A stretch of 64,000 nucleotides of DNA, taken from the NCBI GenBank assembly GCA_963663275.1, contig OY760183.1:800001-864000 (forward strand). The letters are read 5' to 3'. This document shows, one piece after another, positions 53,623 to 64,000 of this stretch; position 1 is the first letter of the stretch; each line of letters opens with the position of its first letter. A program made the position numbers and the translations under genes. The DNA comes from Chloroflexota bacterium (GTDB lineage Bacteria > Chloroflexota > UBA11872 > VXOZ01). The notes below the pieces were generated by a model. It saw nothing but the letters and a program-made list of their open reading frames with translations, was not told where the DNA came from and searched no databases.

Positions 53623-54310
53623 TGCTATAGCTCTCCTGAAACTTCCCTATTTGCACGTCGCGCACAATCCGACCATTATCCAACGCTACCACACGGCGGG
53701 AGAATCCATCAACCACGTCGCGGTCGTGGGTAGCCACCAGCGTGGTGATGCCAAGCTGGTTGATTTGCATGAGGAGCGTGGTGATCTCCCAGGCCGCTTC
53801 CGGCGTGAGGCTGGCCGTGGGCTCGTCGGCGATGAAGATCTCCGGCCGGTGCACGATGGCGCGCGCAATCGCCACCTTGCGCTGTTCGCCGCCGGAAATC
53901 TGGCCGGGCAGGAACGACGCCTTGCGTTGCAGACCCACCAGTTCCAGCGCGTCCGCCGCGCGCAGCCGGGCGCGTTTGCCCGTGTGCCCCTGCACCTGCA
54001 TCGCCAGCGCCACGTTCTCCGCCACGGTCTTGCCGGGAAAGAGCTTGAGGTCCTGAAAGACAATGCCGAAGCGCCGCCGCAGCAGGGGTACATCGGAGCC
54101 TCTGAGCAGCGCCAGGTCCTGGCCGCCCACCAGCACTACGCCGGACGTGGCGCGATCGGCGCGCACCAGCAGGCTGATAAGCGTGGTCTTGCCGGCGCCG
54201 TTGTGGCCCACCAAGAAGACGAAGTCGCCCCTGGGAATACTCAACGTGACGTCGTTCAGCGCGGTGACGCTGAAGTCATACACTTTGGAGACATTGCGCA
54301 GAACAATCAT
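53609..54310 (-). CDS. ftsE: Second FtsE-like ABC ATPase
   Basis: GHNGAGKTT, IVFQDLKL, ISGGEQRKVAIARA, IADEPTASLT and ATHD motifs. Confidence 0.8.
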   Translation of the reverse strand: MIVLRNVSKVYDFSVTALNDVTLSIPRGDFVFLVGHNGAGKTTLISLLVRADRATSGVVLVGGQDLALLRGSDVPLLRRRFGIVFQDLKLFPGKTVAENVALAMQVQGHTGKRARLRAADALELVGLQRKASFLPGQISGGEQRKVAIARAIVHRPEIFIADEPTASLTPEAAWEITTLLMQINQLGITTLVATHDRDVVDGFSRRVVALDNGRIVRDVQIGKFQESYSSATA

Positions 54311-54379
54311 AGGTATGTAGAGAAGGACGGCGCGCAAGGCGCAAAGATTGGCGGCGCTGGAATCCGCAAGCGAGCGGAA

Positions 54380-55267
54380 CTAGATAGTGAGGAACCGGCG
54401 AACCGAGAGGTAACTCCCCAAAGCGCCAACGGCGATACCAAAGAGAGTCATGATTAAGATTAGACGAAAGAGGTAGGCCGTGTCAAGTGAGACCGGCAGG
54501 AAGCTGACCAACTGCTGGAGCACTTCGTGGATCGAGATGTAGGCCGCGCCGACAATGAGCGACGAAAAGAGCGCCCCAAGCAGCCCGAAGAAGATGCCCT
54601 CCAGCAGGAACGGCCAGCGAATGAAGTGGTCGGAAGCGCCCATCAAGCGCAGCACCTCGATCTCGCCGCGCCGCGCGTAGACCGTCAGCCGGATGGTGCT
54701 GCCAATGACGAACAGGGTGACCAGGGCCAGGCCCGCGCCCAGCGTGTAACCCAGGATGCGCACGATCTGGCTGATGCGCAGCAGGATTTCCACCACGTCC
54801 TGCGGCAAGACCACGTCTTCCACAATCGGTTCCGCCGCCAGCAGGCTCGCTTGCTCGCGGAGATGGTCCGCTTCGTCCGAGCGCACGTCCAGGCTGGCGG
54901 GCAGGGGATTGCCGGGCAAAGACTGCAAGAAGTCCGGCTGGTCCGGGAAGGACTCCCGCAGCCGCTCCAGGGCTTTCTCTTTGGTGACGTACTCCACGGA
55001 GATGATCAGCGGGTCTTCCTGCAATTCCCGCTGCAACGCCAGCACGTCCGCCGGCGGCGCGTCGTCGTGGAGATAGATGATGAGGTTTACTTGCTCTTCC
55101 ATGCTGTCGATCATGACCGAGAGGGCGTTCTCGACGATGAGGAACATGCCCAGGGTGGTCATCATCAGGGAGACGATGAGCACGGTAATCAGCGTCATGG
55201 TCCGGTGCCGCCAGGCGTTTACCACGGCGCTGCCGGTGAGCGTGCCGATATAACTAAGAACGGCCAT
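54380..55267 (-). CDS. ftsX: Cell division permease FtsX
   Basis: YVTKEKAL, NPLPAS and TIRLTVYARRGEIEVLRLMGAS..FIRWPFLLEG motifs. Confidence 0.93.
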   Translation of the reverse strand: MAVLSYIGTLTGSAVVNAWRHRTMTLITVLIVSLMMTTLGMFLIVENALSVMIDSMEEQVNLIIYLHDDAPPADVLALQRELQEDPLIISVEYVTKEKALERLRESFPDQPDFLQSLPGNPLPASLDVRSDEADHLREQASLLAAEPIVEDVVLPQDVVEILLRISQIVRILGYTLGAGLALVTLFVIGSTIRLTVYARRGEIEVLRLMGASDHFIRWPFLLEGIFFGLLGALFSSLIVGAAYISIHEVLQQLVSFLPVSLDTAYLFRLILIMTLFGIAVGALGSYLSVRRFLTI

Positions 55268-55943
55268 ATTGGTAGGTGCCTCGCAGTTCGTCCCGCGCTA
55301 TCTCGCCGTCCACCAACTCCACCACCCGGCGGCGATTGCGGTTCACCATCTCCTTGTCGTGGGTGGCCATGATGACGGTGGTGCCCAGTTCGTTGATGCG
55401 CGCCAGCAGATCGACGATTTCGGCCGAGGTGACCGGGTCCAGGTTGCCGGTGGGCTCGTCGGCAATCAGCACCTCCGGCTTGCGAACTACCGCGCGCGCA
55501 ATGGCCACGCGCTGCTGCTCGCCGCCGGAAAGCGTGAGCGGGAACGTCTCGGCAAATTGGGTGAGGCCTACCAACGCCAGGGTTTCGGGCACCAGCCGGT
55601 CGATGTCGCGGCGCGAGCGGTTGGCCACCCGCAACGCCATGGCCACGTTTTCGGCCACGGTCTTGTTGGGCAGCAGCCGGAAGTCCTGGAAGATCATGCT
55701 CACCTTGCGCCGGTAGAGCGGCAAATGGCGCTGCGGCATCTGCAAGACGTTGTGCCCGGCCACGATGATGTGCCCGGCGGTGGGAAGTTCTTCGCGAATC
55801 AGGAGACGGATGAGGGTGGATTTGCCCGCGCCGCTGACGCCCACGAGAAAGACGAACTCCCGCGGCCCAATCTCCAGGTTGATGTCTTTAAGCGCGTGAA
55901 TGCCGTTGGCGTAGACCTTGGAGACGTTCTGCAAGAGGATCAT
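55254..55943 (-). CDS. ftsE: Cell division ATP-binding protein FtsE
   Basis: [40 protein letters not shown] and MATHD motifs. Confidence 0.93.
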   Translation of the reverse strand: MILLQNVSKVYANGIHALKDINLEIGPREFVFLVGVSGAGKSTLIRLLIREELPTAGHIIVAGHNVLQMPQRHLPLYRRKVSMIFQDFRLLPNKTVAENVAMALRVANRSRRDIDRLVPETLALVGLTQFAETFPLTLSGGEQQRVAIARAVVRKPEVLIADEPTGNLDPVTSAEIVDLLARINELGTTVIMATHDKEMVNRNRRRVVELVDGEIARDELRGTYQYGRS

Positions 55944-56550
55944 GGCGGGTCTTGTTTGCTGCGCGTGAGCGACGATGGCGCCGGCGCCTGCGCGGCGCGG
56001 GCCGGGTACGCGCGTGGCCGCGCGTTTGGGTCGCTCTCTATTATACGGCGATCGGTGCGCGCCGTCACTAGGAGGAGTTGCCAATTCACGCGATTAGCCC
56101 GCCGTTGCGCCGCGAGAAGAGGCCGCGCGAGCGCGCGCGCAGCTCGTCATCCCGCGCCTGCAACCGCGTCATTGCTATGAAAAATAACCGGAGCAGAGTC
56201 CGTCATTCCGGCGGAAGCCGGAATCCATCTTTGCCTCACCCACTGGACTCCGGCGGAAGCGGGAGTGACGATTGGAAAGCCGCCATTTTCATCCTCTTAC
56301 CATGTGAATAGCTGATTCAGGCGGTTCCGCTCCGGTACGGTAGGTAAAAAATCTGCAACCTGTGTCTGCCGTCTCCGGTAGCGTAGGCTTGCAACCTGCG
56401 CCCGCCGCCTGCCGGCGGAAGCGATAATCCGGAGGCGGGGGACAAGCCCCCGCGCTACGGGTGTGCGGGAGACCACGCGGCGCGGCGTGTTGTGAACCGG
56501 TTGTCCGTCACGACGCCTCCGACGCGCCCGGCGTCCGGTCACAACGCGTC

Positions 56551-57768
56551 CTACCCGCTCGGCGACGAACGCACCGCCATGCGGGCGCGGTACTTGCCGC
56601 CCCGGCGCATCATCCACACGTAGAGGCCGGTCAGCGCCAGCGGCGCCAGCGGCAGCAGCATCAGCGCGTTGAACGCGGCCGGCAGGCCGAAACCGTCCGC
56701 GAAGATGCCCACCAGCGGCGTTCCCATGCCGCTGATGCCCCACGCAAAGCCGACCATCATGCCCGAGGCCATGGCCCGCTGGTTCGGCAGGAGTTCGTGG
56801 CTCATCACCACCGTGACGGCAAACGTGGAGACGGTGAAGCCGCCGATGAGCACCAGCATGAAAGGCAGCCAGAGCCCGCTGCCCTGCAGAAAGCCGTAGA
56901 CGAAGAGCGGCACCGGCGCCAAGGACCAGAGCAGCAGACCCTCTTTGCTGGTGCGGTCGGCCACGTAGCCGCCAATGAGCGTGCCAACGGCGCCGCTGAA
57001 GAGCAGGAAGGGCAGCAGACCCGCGGCCGCTTCCGGCACGGTCATGCCCAGTTCGGCGACGGCGTAGAGCGGAATGAACGTGCCGATGCTGACCCAGAAG
57101 AAGGAACGCAGAATGACGATGACCAGCAACAGGACGAAAGGCGTGAGCACGGGCCGTATGTCCAGAAAGGCCGCTTTGAGGTCCGGCGGCGCCGTCTCCC
57201 CGCCGGTCTCGATGCGCGGCAGCAGCCGCCAGAGCACCAGCGCCATCAGAATGCCCGGTATCACCATCAGCATGAGCCCGCGCTGCGCCTGCCAGGCGTA
57301 GAGCACGGCCACTACCACCGGTCCCGCGGCCACGCCGATGTTGCCGCCGACGGAGAAGATGGAGGTGCCGGTGCTCTGCCGGTCACCGCTGTAGTAGCCG
57401 GCCGCCTTGTAGCCTTCCGGGTGATAGGCGGCGATGCCCAAGCCGCCGATGGCGATCAAAACGAGCGCAACCCAATAGACCGGCGCCTGGGTGGCAACAA
57501 TGATGCCCACGGCGGCGACCAGCGGCGCGAGCGGCAGCACCCACGTGCCGCTGATGCGGTCGCTGAGGTAGCCCAGCACCGGCTGGATGGCGCTGGCGGA
57601 AAAGCTGTGCGCCGCCGATACCAGCGCCACGGCGAAATACGAGAGGCCGAACGTGCTGACGAAAATCGGCAGCATGGCGGGCAACATGCCGCCATAGACG
57701 TCGGCAATGACGTGCCCCACGCTCAGCGTCAGGAGCATGGGCGTATTCATGCGGCGCCTGTTCTTCAC
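56551..57768 (-). CDS. MFS transporter (Fsr-like)
   Basis: QPVLGYLSDR, GIAAYHPEG, SIFSVGGNIG and GGYVADR motifs; about 12 TM segments. Confidence 0.9.
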   Translation of the reverse strand: MKNRRRMNTPMLLTLSVGHVIADVYGGMLPAMLPIFVSTFGLSYFAVALVSAAHSFSASAIQPVLGYLSDRISGTWVLPLAPLVAAVGIIVATQAPVYWVALVLIAIGGLGIAAYHPEGYKAAGYYSGDRQSTGTSIFSVGGNIGVAAGPVVVAVLYAWQAQRGLMLMVIPGILMALVLWRLLPRIETGGETAPPDLKAAFLDIRPVLTPFVLLLVIVILRSFFWVSIGTFIPLYAVAELGMTVPEAAAGLLPFLLFSGAVGTLIGGYVADRTSKEGLLLWSLAPVPLFVYGFLQGSGLWLPFMLVLIGGFTVSTFAVTVVMSHELLPNQRAMASGMMVGFAWGISGMGTPLVGIFADGFGLPAAFNALMLLPLAPLALTGLYVWMMRRGGKYRARMAVRSSPSG

Positions 57769-58018
57769 CGCGTCACACGTCTTCTCAAGCGTGGTTCTAT
57801 GATGTTCGTCTTTCCCGGATTCTGCTCAGGTGAAGCAAAAGCCGCGCGTACTCGAGGCAATCGAAACTCGGAGCGCTTCCGCCGCGACCGGAGCGGCATG
57901 GTTCCTGGCGCGCCGCGGCGTCGGCTGTCAAACGAAAAGCCACACCGGCAAGGGCGGTGTGGCTCGGCTCATCGTCCCGCGAGCGGGTGGGCGCATTGCG
58001 CAAGGCCAAGGGCCGCGT

Positions 58019-58288
58019 CTACTCGCGGTAGTCCGTTTCCGTCAGTTCGTCCACGCGGACGATCTTGTCGATTTTGGCGTTCACCGCGTCGCGCGCCTCG
58101 ATCACAGCCTCTTCGCTCTCCGCCTCGTAGAGGCAGTAGCACTTGCTCATGTCGTCGGAAAGATAGGTGCTGATCCAATCGCAATTGGGCAGCTTGGCAT
58201 AGATGTCCAGCGACTTCTTCTTATTGTTGTCATACTTGTCGCGCGAAAGCTCCGGCGGCAGGTTCCACTCGACGAGAAACTTGGGCAT
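58019..58288 (-). CDS. DUF4242 / SCO4226-like small ferredoxin-fold protein
   Basis: MPKFLVE...WISTYLS..KCYCLYEAESEEAV; GGAG RBS. Confidence 0.7.
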   Translation of the reverse strand: MPKFLVEWNLPPELSRDKYDNNKKKSLDIYAKLPNCDWISTYLSDDMSKCYCLYEAESEEAVIEARDAVNAKIDKIVRVDELTETDYRE

Positions 58289-58528
58289 ATTCGGTTCTCC
58301 AAGGTCATTGCATGGGGTCAACCGGCTCGCTTCTTTTGTAGCAGGAGAGAAGCGCGTCTGTCAAACGAAATCCATCCAGGATTGAGCGATATCAGGCCAT
58401 TTTGTAGTCAATGCGGGTGTATGTCGTGTGCTCTACCGTGTAAAGTATTAACTAGCCGGTGTGCACTCTTTGTCGCGGGCATTGGCGGTTGGGACTACCG
58501 CACTGAGACTCTACTGGAGCGAGGGCGA

Positions 58529-59239
58529 ATGGGTGAATTGTTAAGTGATGGGCGTGTGGTCGCCGGCCTCTTTAGCGCGGGGGCGGTACTTTTCGTGGCT
58601 ATCTGCGGCGGACTGATTGCTCTGGGTCGCTGGATGGGCAGTACCGGCAAGGAGGTGACGCACCTGGAAGAGACCGCCGCAAGAGACCGGTCCGCATTCA
58701 ACAAAGAGGTGGCGCACCTGGAAGAGACCGCCGCAAGAGACCGGTCCGCACTCAACAAAGAGGTGACGCACCTGGAAGAGACCGCCGCAAGAGACCGGTC
58801 CGCACTCAACAAAGAGGTGACGCACCTGGAAGAGACCGCCGCAAGAGACCGCTCCGCATTCAACAAGGTTGCCGAAGAAATCAGGCGAGACATCGACGTA
58901 ATCAGGGAAGACATCAAGAGAATTCTCCATCTTATCCCGTCAACGCCCGCTCTCTTCCAAAGCGACAGCCCGCTGCGCCTGACCGAATTCGGAGAGAAAG
59001 TTTCCGCCAGTCTGGGTGCTGCGTCTTGGGCCGGCAAGGTGGCGGTGGAATTGAAACATGAGCTTGCCGATAAGCAGCCGTACCAAATTGATGCGATGAG
59101 CCGCAAGTACGTGCAGGATGACCTATCGGATGAGATGAAAGAGCGAGTTGCCATCGCTGTATACGAATTTGGCATCGATGAGGATGGCGTCCGCAAAGTG
59201 CTGGCAGTCGTGCTGCGGGAAAAGCTGCTGGAAACCTAG
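58529..59239 (+). CDS. Hypothetical TM-anchored coiled-coil protein with four 18-aa repeats
   Basis: N-terminal TM, then KEVTHLEETAARDRSA(F/L)N x4, then a SPLRLTEFG domain. Confidence 0.7.
   Translation: MGELLSDGRVVAGLFSAGAVLFVAICGGLIALGRWMGSTGKEVTHLEETAARDRSAFNKEVAHLEETAARDRSALNKEVTHLEETAARDRSALNKEVTHLEETAARDRSAFNKVAEEIRRDIDVIREDIKRILHLIPSTPALFQSDSPLRLTEFGEKVSASLGAASWAGKVAVELKHELADKQPYQIDAMSRKYVQDDLSDEMKERVAIAVYEFGIDEDGVRKVLAVVLREKLLET
58649..58864 (+). repeat. 4 x 54-bp near-identical intragenic tandem repeat
   Basis: Units at 58649, 58703, 58757 and 58811. Confidence 0.93.
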
Positions 59240-59355
59240 ACCACCGCCCACCAGAGGCGAAAACAAGAAACCCCACACACCTACCTTGTGCGGGGTCTTA
59301 CTGTGGCAGGCGGCCTGGCCCCAAGCGCCGCCGCCCACTCGGCAATACTATCCAA

Positions 59356-59541
59356 TCACTCCTGCTCCATCTTGCTGGCCTGCAGGAAATAGCCTTCGAG
59401 CAAGCCCTCTATGCGGGAAACACGATCGGAAACGTCCGACACACGTCTCTCAAGCCGCAGTAAAGAGCCAAGGATGACGATTACCGCTGTAACCGTGGTT
59501 GTGAGCGAAAGCACAAACTCTCCACTAATCTCCATGGTCAT
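59356..59541 (-). CDS. Small TM + coiled-coil protein (61 aa)
   Basis: ATG immediately after the rplA TAG; hydrophobic segment followed by LERRVSDVSDRVSRIEG. Confidence 0.55.
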   Translation of the reverse strand: MTMEISGEFVLSLTTTVTAVIVILGSLLRLERRVSDVSDRVSRIEGLLEGYFLQASKMEQE

Positions 59542-60255
59542 CTAGGCCGCGGCGGCCAGGAGTTGCTGCATCTGCGCGGGGTCGAGCTTGATGGAGGGGC
59601 CCATGGTGGCGCAGAGGTGGAGGGAGCGGACGTAGGCGCCTTTGGTGTTCTCCGGTTTGGCCTGCATGACGGCGGAGTAGAGCGCGGTGAGGTTCGTGAG
59701 CAGGTTCTCCACGGTGAAGGAGGCCTTGCCGACGGGGACGTGCAGGTTGGCGGTGCGGTCTACGCGGAACTCCACGCGGCCGGCCTTGGCCTCGCCCACG
59801 GCGCGGCCCACGTCGAAGGTCACGGTGCCGGCGCGGTTATTGGGCATCAGGCCGCGGGGACCCAGGATGCGGCCCAGCCGGCCCACGTCCCGCATCATGT
59901 CCGGCGCGGCGATTGCCACGTCGAAGTCCAGCCAGCCGCCCTCGATCTTCTTGGCGAGTTCCGCGCCGCCGACGAAGTCCGCGCCGGCCTCTTCCGCCTC
60001 GCGCACTTTCTCGCCCTGGGCAAAGACGAGCACGCGCTGCGCCTTGCCCAGCCCGGCCGGCAGCACCACGGAGCCGCGCACGGCCTGTTCCGCCTGGCGG
60101 GGGTCAACGCCCAGGAGCGCGTGCAACTCGATGGTGGCGTCGAAGTTGGTGGTAGCCGTCTCTTTCACGATTGCGGACGCGGTTTCGGGGTCGTAGAGCC
60201 GCCCGGCCTCGATGCGTTCCAGCGCCTGGCGGTATTTCTTGCTGCGCTTTGCCAT
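59542..60255 (-). CDS. rplA: 50S ribosomal protein L1
   Basis: [28 protein letters not shown] and GRVEFRVD motifs. Confidence 0.97.
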   Translation of the reverse strand: MAKRSKKYRQALERIEAGRLYDPETASAIVKETATTNFDATIELHALLGVDPRQAEQAVRGSVVLPAGLGKAQRVLVFAQGEKVREAEEAGADFVGGAELAKKIEGGWLDFDVAIAAPDMMRDVGRLGRILGPRGLMPNNRAGTVTFDVGRAVGEAKAGRVEFRVDRTANLHVPVGKASFTVENLLTNLTALYSAVMQAKPENTKGAYVRSLHLCATMGPSIKLDPAQMQQLLAAAA

Positions 60256-60257
60256 GA

Positions 60258-60683
60258 TTAGGTGACTACCTCCAAGCCCATGCTGCGGGCCGTGCCCGCC
60301 ACGATCTTCATTGCCGCCTCCACGTCGTTGGCGTTGAGGTCCGGCATCTTCATCTCCGCGATTTCGCGCACCTGCTCCCGCGTCACTTGCCCCACCTTCT
60401 CGGTATTGGGCGTGCCGGAGCCTTTTTCCACTTTGGCCGCCCGGCGCAGCAGGTCCGCGGCCGGCGGCGTCTTGGTGATGAACGTGAATGACCGGTCTTC
60501 GAAGATGGTCATGTCCACCGGCACGATGTAGCCGGCCTGGCTGCCGGTGCGCTCGTTGAATTCCTTGACGAACGCCATGATGTTCACGCCGTGCTGGCCC
60601 AACGCCGGGCCAACCGGCGGCGCCGGCGTCGCCTTGCCGCCCGGCACCTGTAGCTTGATTACCGCTCGTACTTTCTTTGCCAC
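60258..60683 (-). CDS. rplK: 50S ribosomal protein L11
   Basis: [21 protein letters not shown] and GTARSMG motifs. Confidence 0.98.
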   Translation of the reverse strand: MAKKVRAVIKLQVPGGKATPAPPVGPALGQHGVNIMAFVKEFNERTGSQAGYIVPVDMTIFEDRSFTFITKTPPAADLLRRAAKVEKGSGTPNTEKVGQVTREQVREIAEMKMPDLNANDVEAAMKIVAGTARSMGLEVVT

Positions 60684-61030
60684 GCTCGTTTCTCATCCTT
60701 GCGCAAAAGCGCGCTACTCAATCAACTCGATGTCGTTCCGGTGTTTCACCCTTACCCCGTATCGAGTACGGGGCAGGCGCTTCCCTCTCCCTCAGGAAAC
60801 CTTTGCACAACTATACCCGACAGGCGGGAAGTCCCCCTCTCCCTTTGGGAGAGGGCCGGGGTGAGGGTAAGTCCTCATCGGTTTGCCCCCACTTCGCAAG
60901 ACTTGGGTATGAGTCGCCGTACAATCTCCCCCCTCACCCTAACCCTCTCCCCCAGGGAGAGGGGACAGAATCGGAACTTGGTTCTTTTTCGGAATTGTGT
61001 TGTCGTTCTATTACGACGCTGCTACACCGG

Positions 61031-61621
61031 TTAGATTCGTTCCACTTGCAGGAAATCGAGTTCCACCGGCGTCTCGCGTCCGAAGAACGAGACCATCACG
61101 CGCACCCGGCCGCGCTCTTGGTTGGCGTCGTCCACCGTGCCGTAGAACTCGGCGAACGGCCCGTCGATGATCTTCACCCGGTCGCCCTTGCGCAGCACCA
61201 TGCGCGTCTGCGGCGTCTCTTCCTTGCCGCGCTTCAGGACTTTATCCACTTCCTCGTCGGCCAGCGGCACCGGCTGGTGGTCGTCCCGCCCGGAACTCAC
61301 GAAGCCGGTCACGCCCGGCGTGTTGCGCACGATGAACCAGGACTGATCGGTCTGCTGCATGCGCACCAGCACGTAGCCGGGGAAGAGCTTGCGTTCCACG
61401 TCGCGGCGCTGGCCCTGCTTGATCTCCACCTCTTTCTGCGTCGGCACCACCACGTCGAAGATCATCTCTTTAGCGTCCATCGACTCGATGCGCTTCAGCA
61501 GATTCTCCCGCACCTTGTTCTCGTAGCCGGAGTAGGTGTGCACCACGTACCAGCGGGGCGTTGCGTCCGCCTGCCGTTCGGTGCCGTCGCCCGCGTCGAA
61601 CTCGTCTGCCTTCAATGCCAT
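61031..61621 (-). CDS. nusG: Transcription factor NusG
   Basis: WYVVHTYSGYENKV, FPGYVLV, VRNTPGVTGF and KOW GDRVKIIDGPF...FGRETPVEL. Confidence 0.97.
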   Translation of the reverse strand: MALKADEFDAGDGTERQADATPRWYVVHTYSGYENKVRENLLKRIESMDAKEMIFDVVVPTQKEVEIKQGQRRDVERKLFPGYVLVRMQQTDQSWFIVRNTPGVTGFVSSGRDDHQPVPLADEEVDKVLKRGKEETPQTRMVLRKGDRVKIIDGPFAEFYGTVDDANQERGRVRVMVSFFGRETPVELDFLQVERI

Positions 61622-61636
61622 GCTGCCGTAATTCCT

Positions 61637-61924
61637 TTAGAGGCCTTGCTGGACCAGTAGCGCGAATAGCCTGGCGAACACGTAGTCCAACCCGCTGAGG
61701 AACATGCCCGTCACCAGGCTCACGGCGATCACCACCAAGGTGAGGTTCAGCGCCGTTTCGCGGGTGGGCCAGTGGGCTTTCCTGAGTTCGCCCCAGGCTT
61801 CTTGCAGAAACGTCACCGTAGGCTGCAGGAAGCCCGGCACGCGGCTGGCCGGGGCCGCGCGGCGGCTGCGGGTGTGCTGGCGCGCGGCGCGCCCCGCGTT
61901 GGGTGTAGACCAGGGCAATCTCAT
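61637..61924 (-). CDS. secE: Preprotein translocase SecE
   Basis: [18 protein letters not shown] plus one TM; lies between rpmG and nusG. Confidence 0.9.
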   Translation of the reverse strand: MRLPWSTPNAGRAARQHTRSRRAAPASRVPGFLQPTVTFLQEAWGELRKAHWPTRETALNLTLVVIAVSLVTGMFLSGLDYVFARLFALLVQQGL

Positions 61925-62091
61925 CGCGTCTCCCGATGGGCGACATGCTTCTGGCAGTTGCGGCAATACTTCCGCAACTCCAGCCGGTCGGTGCTCGTCC
62001 GCCGGTTCTTGCTGGTGGCGTAGTTGCGGTGGCGGCAATCCACACATGCCAGCGTCACCACACTACGGTCTTCGCGTCCCTTGCGTGCCAT
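61921..62091 (-). CDS. rpmG: 50S ribosomal protein L33 (Zn-ribbon form; not in the ORF track)
   Basis: Translated by hand: [56 protein letters not shown]. Confidence 0.95.
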   Translation of the reverse strand: MARKGREDRSVVTLACVDCRHRNYATSKNRRTSTDRLELRKYCRNCQKHVAHRETR

Positions 62092-62124
62092 GTGCCTGCG
62101 TTACTCCTTCGGCGTACCGGTTGC

Positions 62125-63327
<1,203 letters not shown>

Positions 63328-63416
63328 CGTATCCTTCCTCGAACGCTACAACGTTACAAATGCGGCGCGGCGCCGGCGCTAGCCGCGCACTGCCGCCGCT
63401 GCCATGCTCTCGCAGG

Positions 63417-63489
63417 AGCCCACAACCGGGATTGAACCGGTGACCTCGATCTTACCAAGATCGCGCTCTACCGACTGAGCTATGTGGGC
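63417..63489 (-). tRNA. tRNA-Thr (anticodon GGT); CCA not encoded
   Basis: Reverse complement GCCCACATAGCTCAGTCGGTAGAGCGCGATCTTGGTAAGATCGAGGTCACCGGTTCAATCCCGGTTGTGGGCT; canonical position before tuf. Confidence 0.96.
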
Positions 63490-63749
63490 AACCATCTCCG
63501 CGCCGGCGCGCGCGAGAACGCGGCACACGCCGCGCAGGGTATCGCATCCTCTTGGCCGGTTGCCGCCGCGCGGCGGCGTTCGCGGCTTGGCTGCGCGGTT
63601 TCCGGTTTCGCGCCTACGTCGATCTCCAGAATCTCTCGCCGATTTGTCTCGTCTCGTGAGAGTGCGTGTACCGACCGGCGCGGAGAGACGGTAGCAGCCG
63701 CGAATCCCACACGCTACCAAGCCCAGCCCTCCGCGCATGGGCAAACTCA

Positions 63750-63778
63750 ATGATAACAGAACTATGGCTGTCTGTCAC
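63750..63778 (-). promoter_or_regulatory. Sigma70 promoter of the tRNA-Thr-tuf operon
   Basis: Minus strand GTGACA-17 nt-TATCAT with an extended TG. Confidence 0.6.
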
Positions 63779-63889
63779 TTGCTATGCGGCGGCGGCCCGC
63801 GCGGCCGCGGACTGCGGGGGACAAGCCCCCGCGCTACGCTGATGCGACGGCTACGGCCCGCGCGGCCGCGGACTGCGGGGGACAAGCCC

Positions 63890-64000
63890 CAATGCTGTCG
63901 CATTAAACACAATGAGAGTGAAAACAACGCTCGTTTCTCCGGTAGCGCAGGTTTGTAACCTGCGTCTTCCGTAGGGTCAATCCATTTCGTTCTCACTTTG
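63890..64000. mobile_element. Third MITE-like copy (cut by the window end), inserted in a REP A palindrome
   Basis: GGGACAAGCCC, then CAATGCTGTCGCATTAAAC, then an internal sequence closely matching 28995-29080. Confidence 0.8.

Noticed and set aside
57830-58528. N-terminal extension of the 469-aa ORF
   Set aside because: It overlaps the DUF4242-like gene on the opposite strand; the credible start is the ATG at 58529.
60256-60696. 384-aa version of rplA
   Set aside because: The extension is an off-frame reading of rplK; rplA starts at 60255.
63491-63742. Group I intron, SRP RNA or tRNA-Tyr/Gly upstream of tRNA-Thr
   Set aside because: No R/S core elements, no SRP helix-8 motif and no T-loop/anticodon arms recognisable; kept only as an unidentified structured RNA.

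Overview
GC-rich bacterial chromosome segment, most consistent with a Chloroflexota genome. This is an inference from gene order and protein style; the Fn3/cadherin giant protein and the orphan Tat-lipoprotein solute-binding protein are typical of sponge-associated lineages. Housekeeping content: EF-G II paralogue, purC, purB, a transformylase-only purH, an ftsE-ftsX-ftsE'-M23 peptidase-PBP1A cluster, tRNA-Thr-tuf-rpmG-secE-nusG-rplK-rplA, and tRNA-Lys. Accessory content: a 5'-truncated giant Ig/Fn3/cadherin surface protein with two long Pro-Thr microsatellites; a five-gene locus (Vsr-C5-MTase fusion, DUF4928-like, dual-OB-like, two DUF488) that is the best candidate for an undescribed DNA defence/repair system; an ABC/AAA ATPase + DUF4276 pair; glycosyltransferases; three amidohydrolases; and a two-component system. 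Intergenic DNA is saturated with at least six REP-like palindrome families. A non-autonomous element family with IS4-like ends (about 18-bp TIRs, 11-bp target duplications) preferentially inserts into the centre of one REP family and carries other REPs as cargo. REPs also occur in-frame inside three genes. Other observations: two candidate structured RNA leaders and a stray 58-bp inverted purH fragment. No CRISPR array, rRNA, transposase or integrase was found. All family assignments come from motif recognition by eye, not from database searches.
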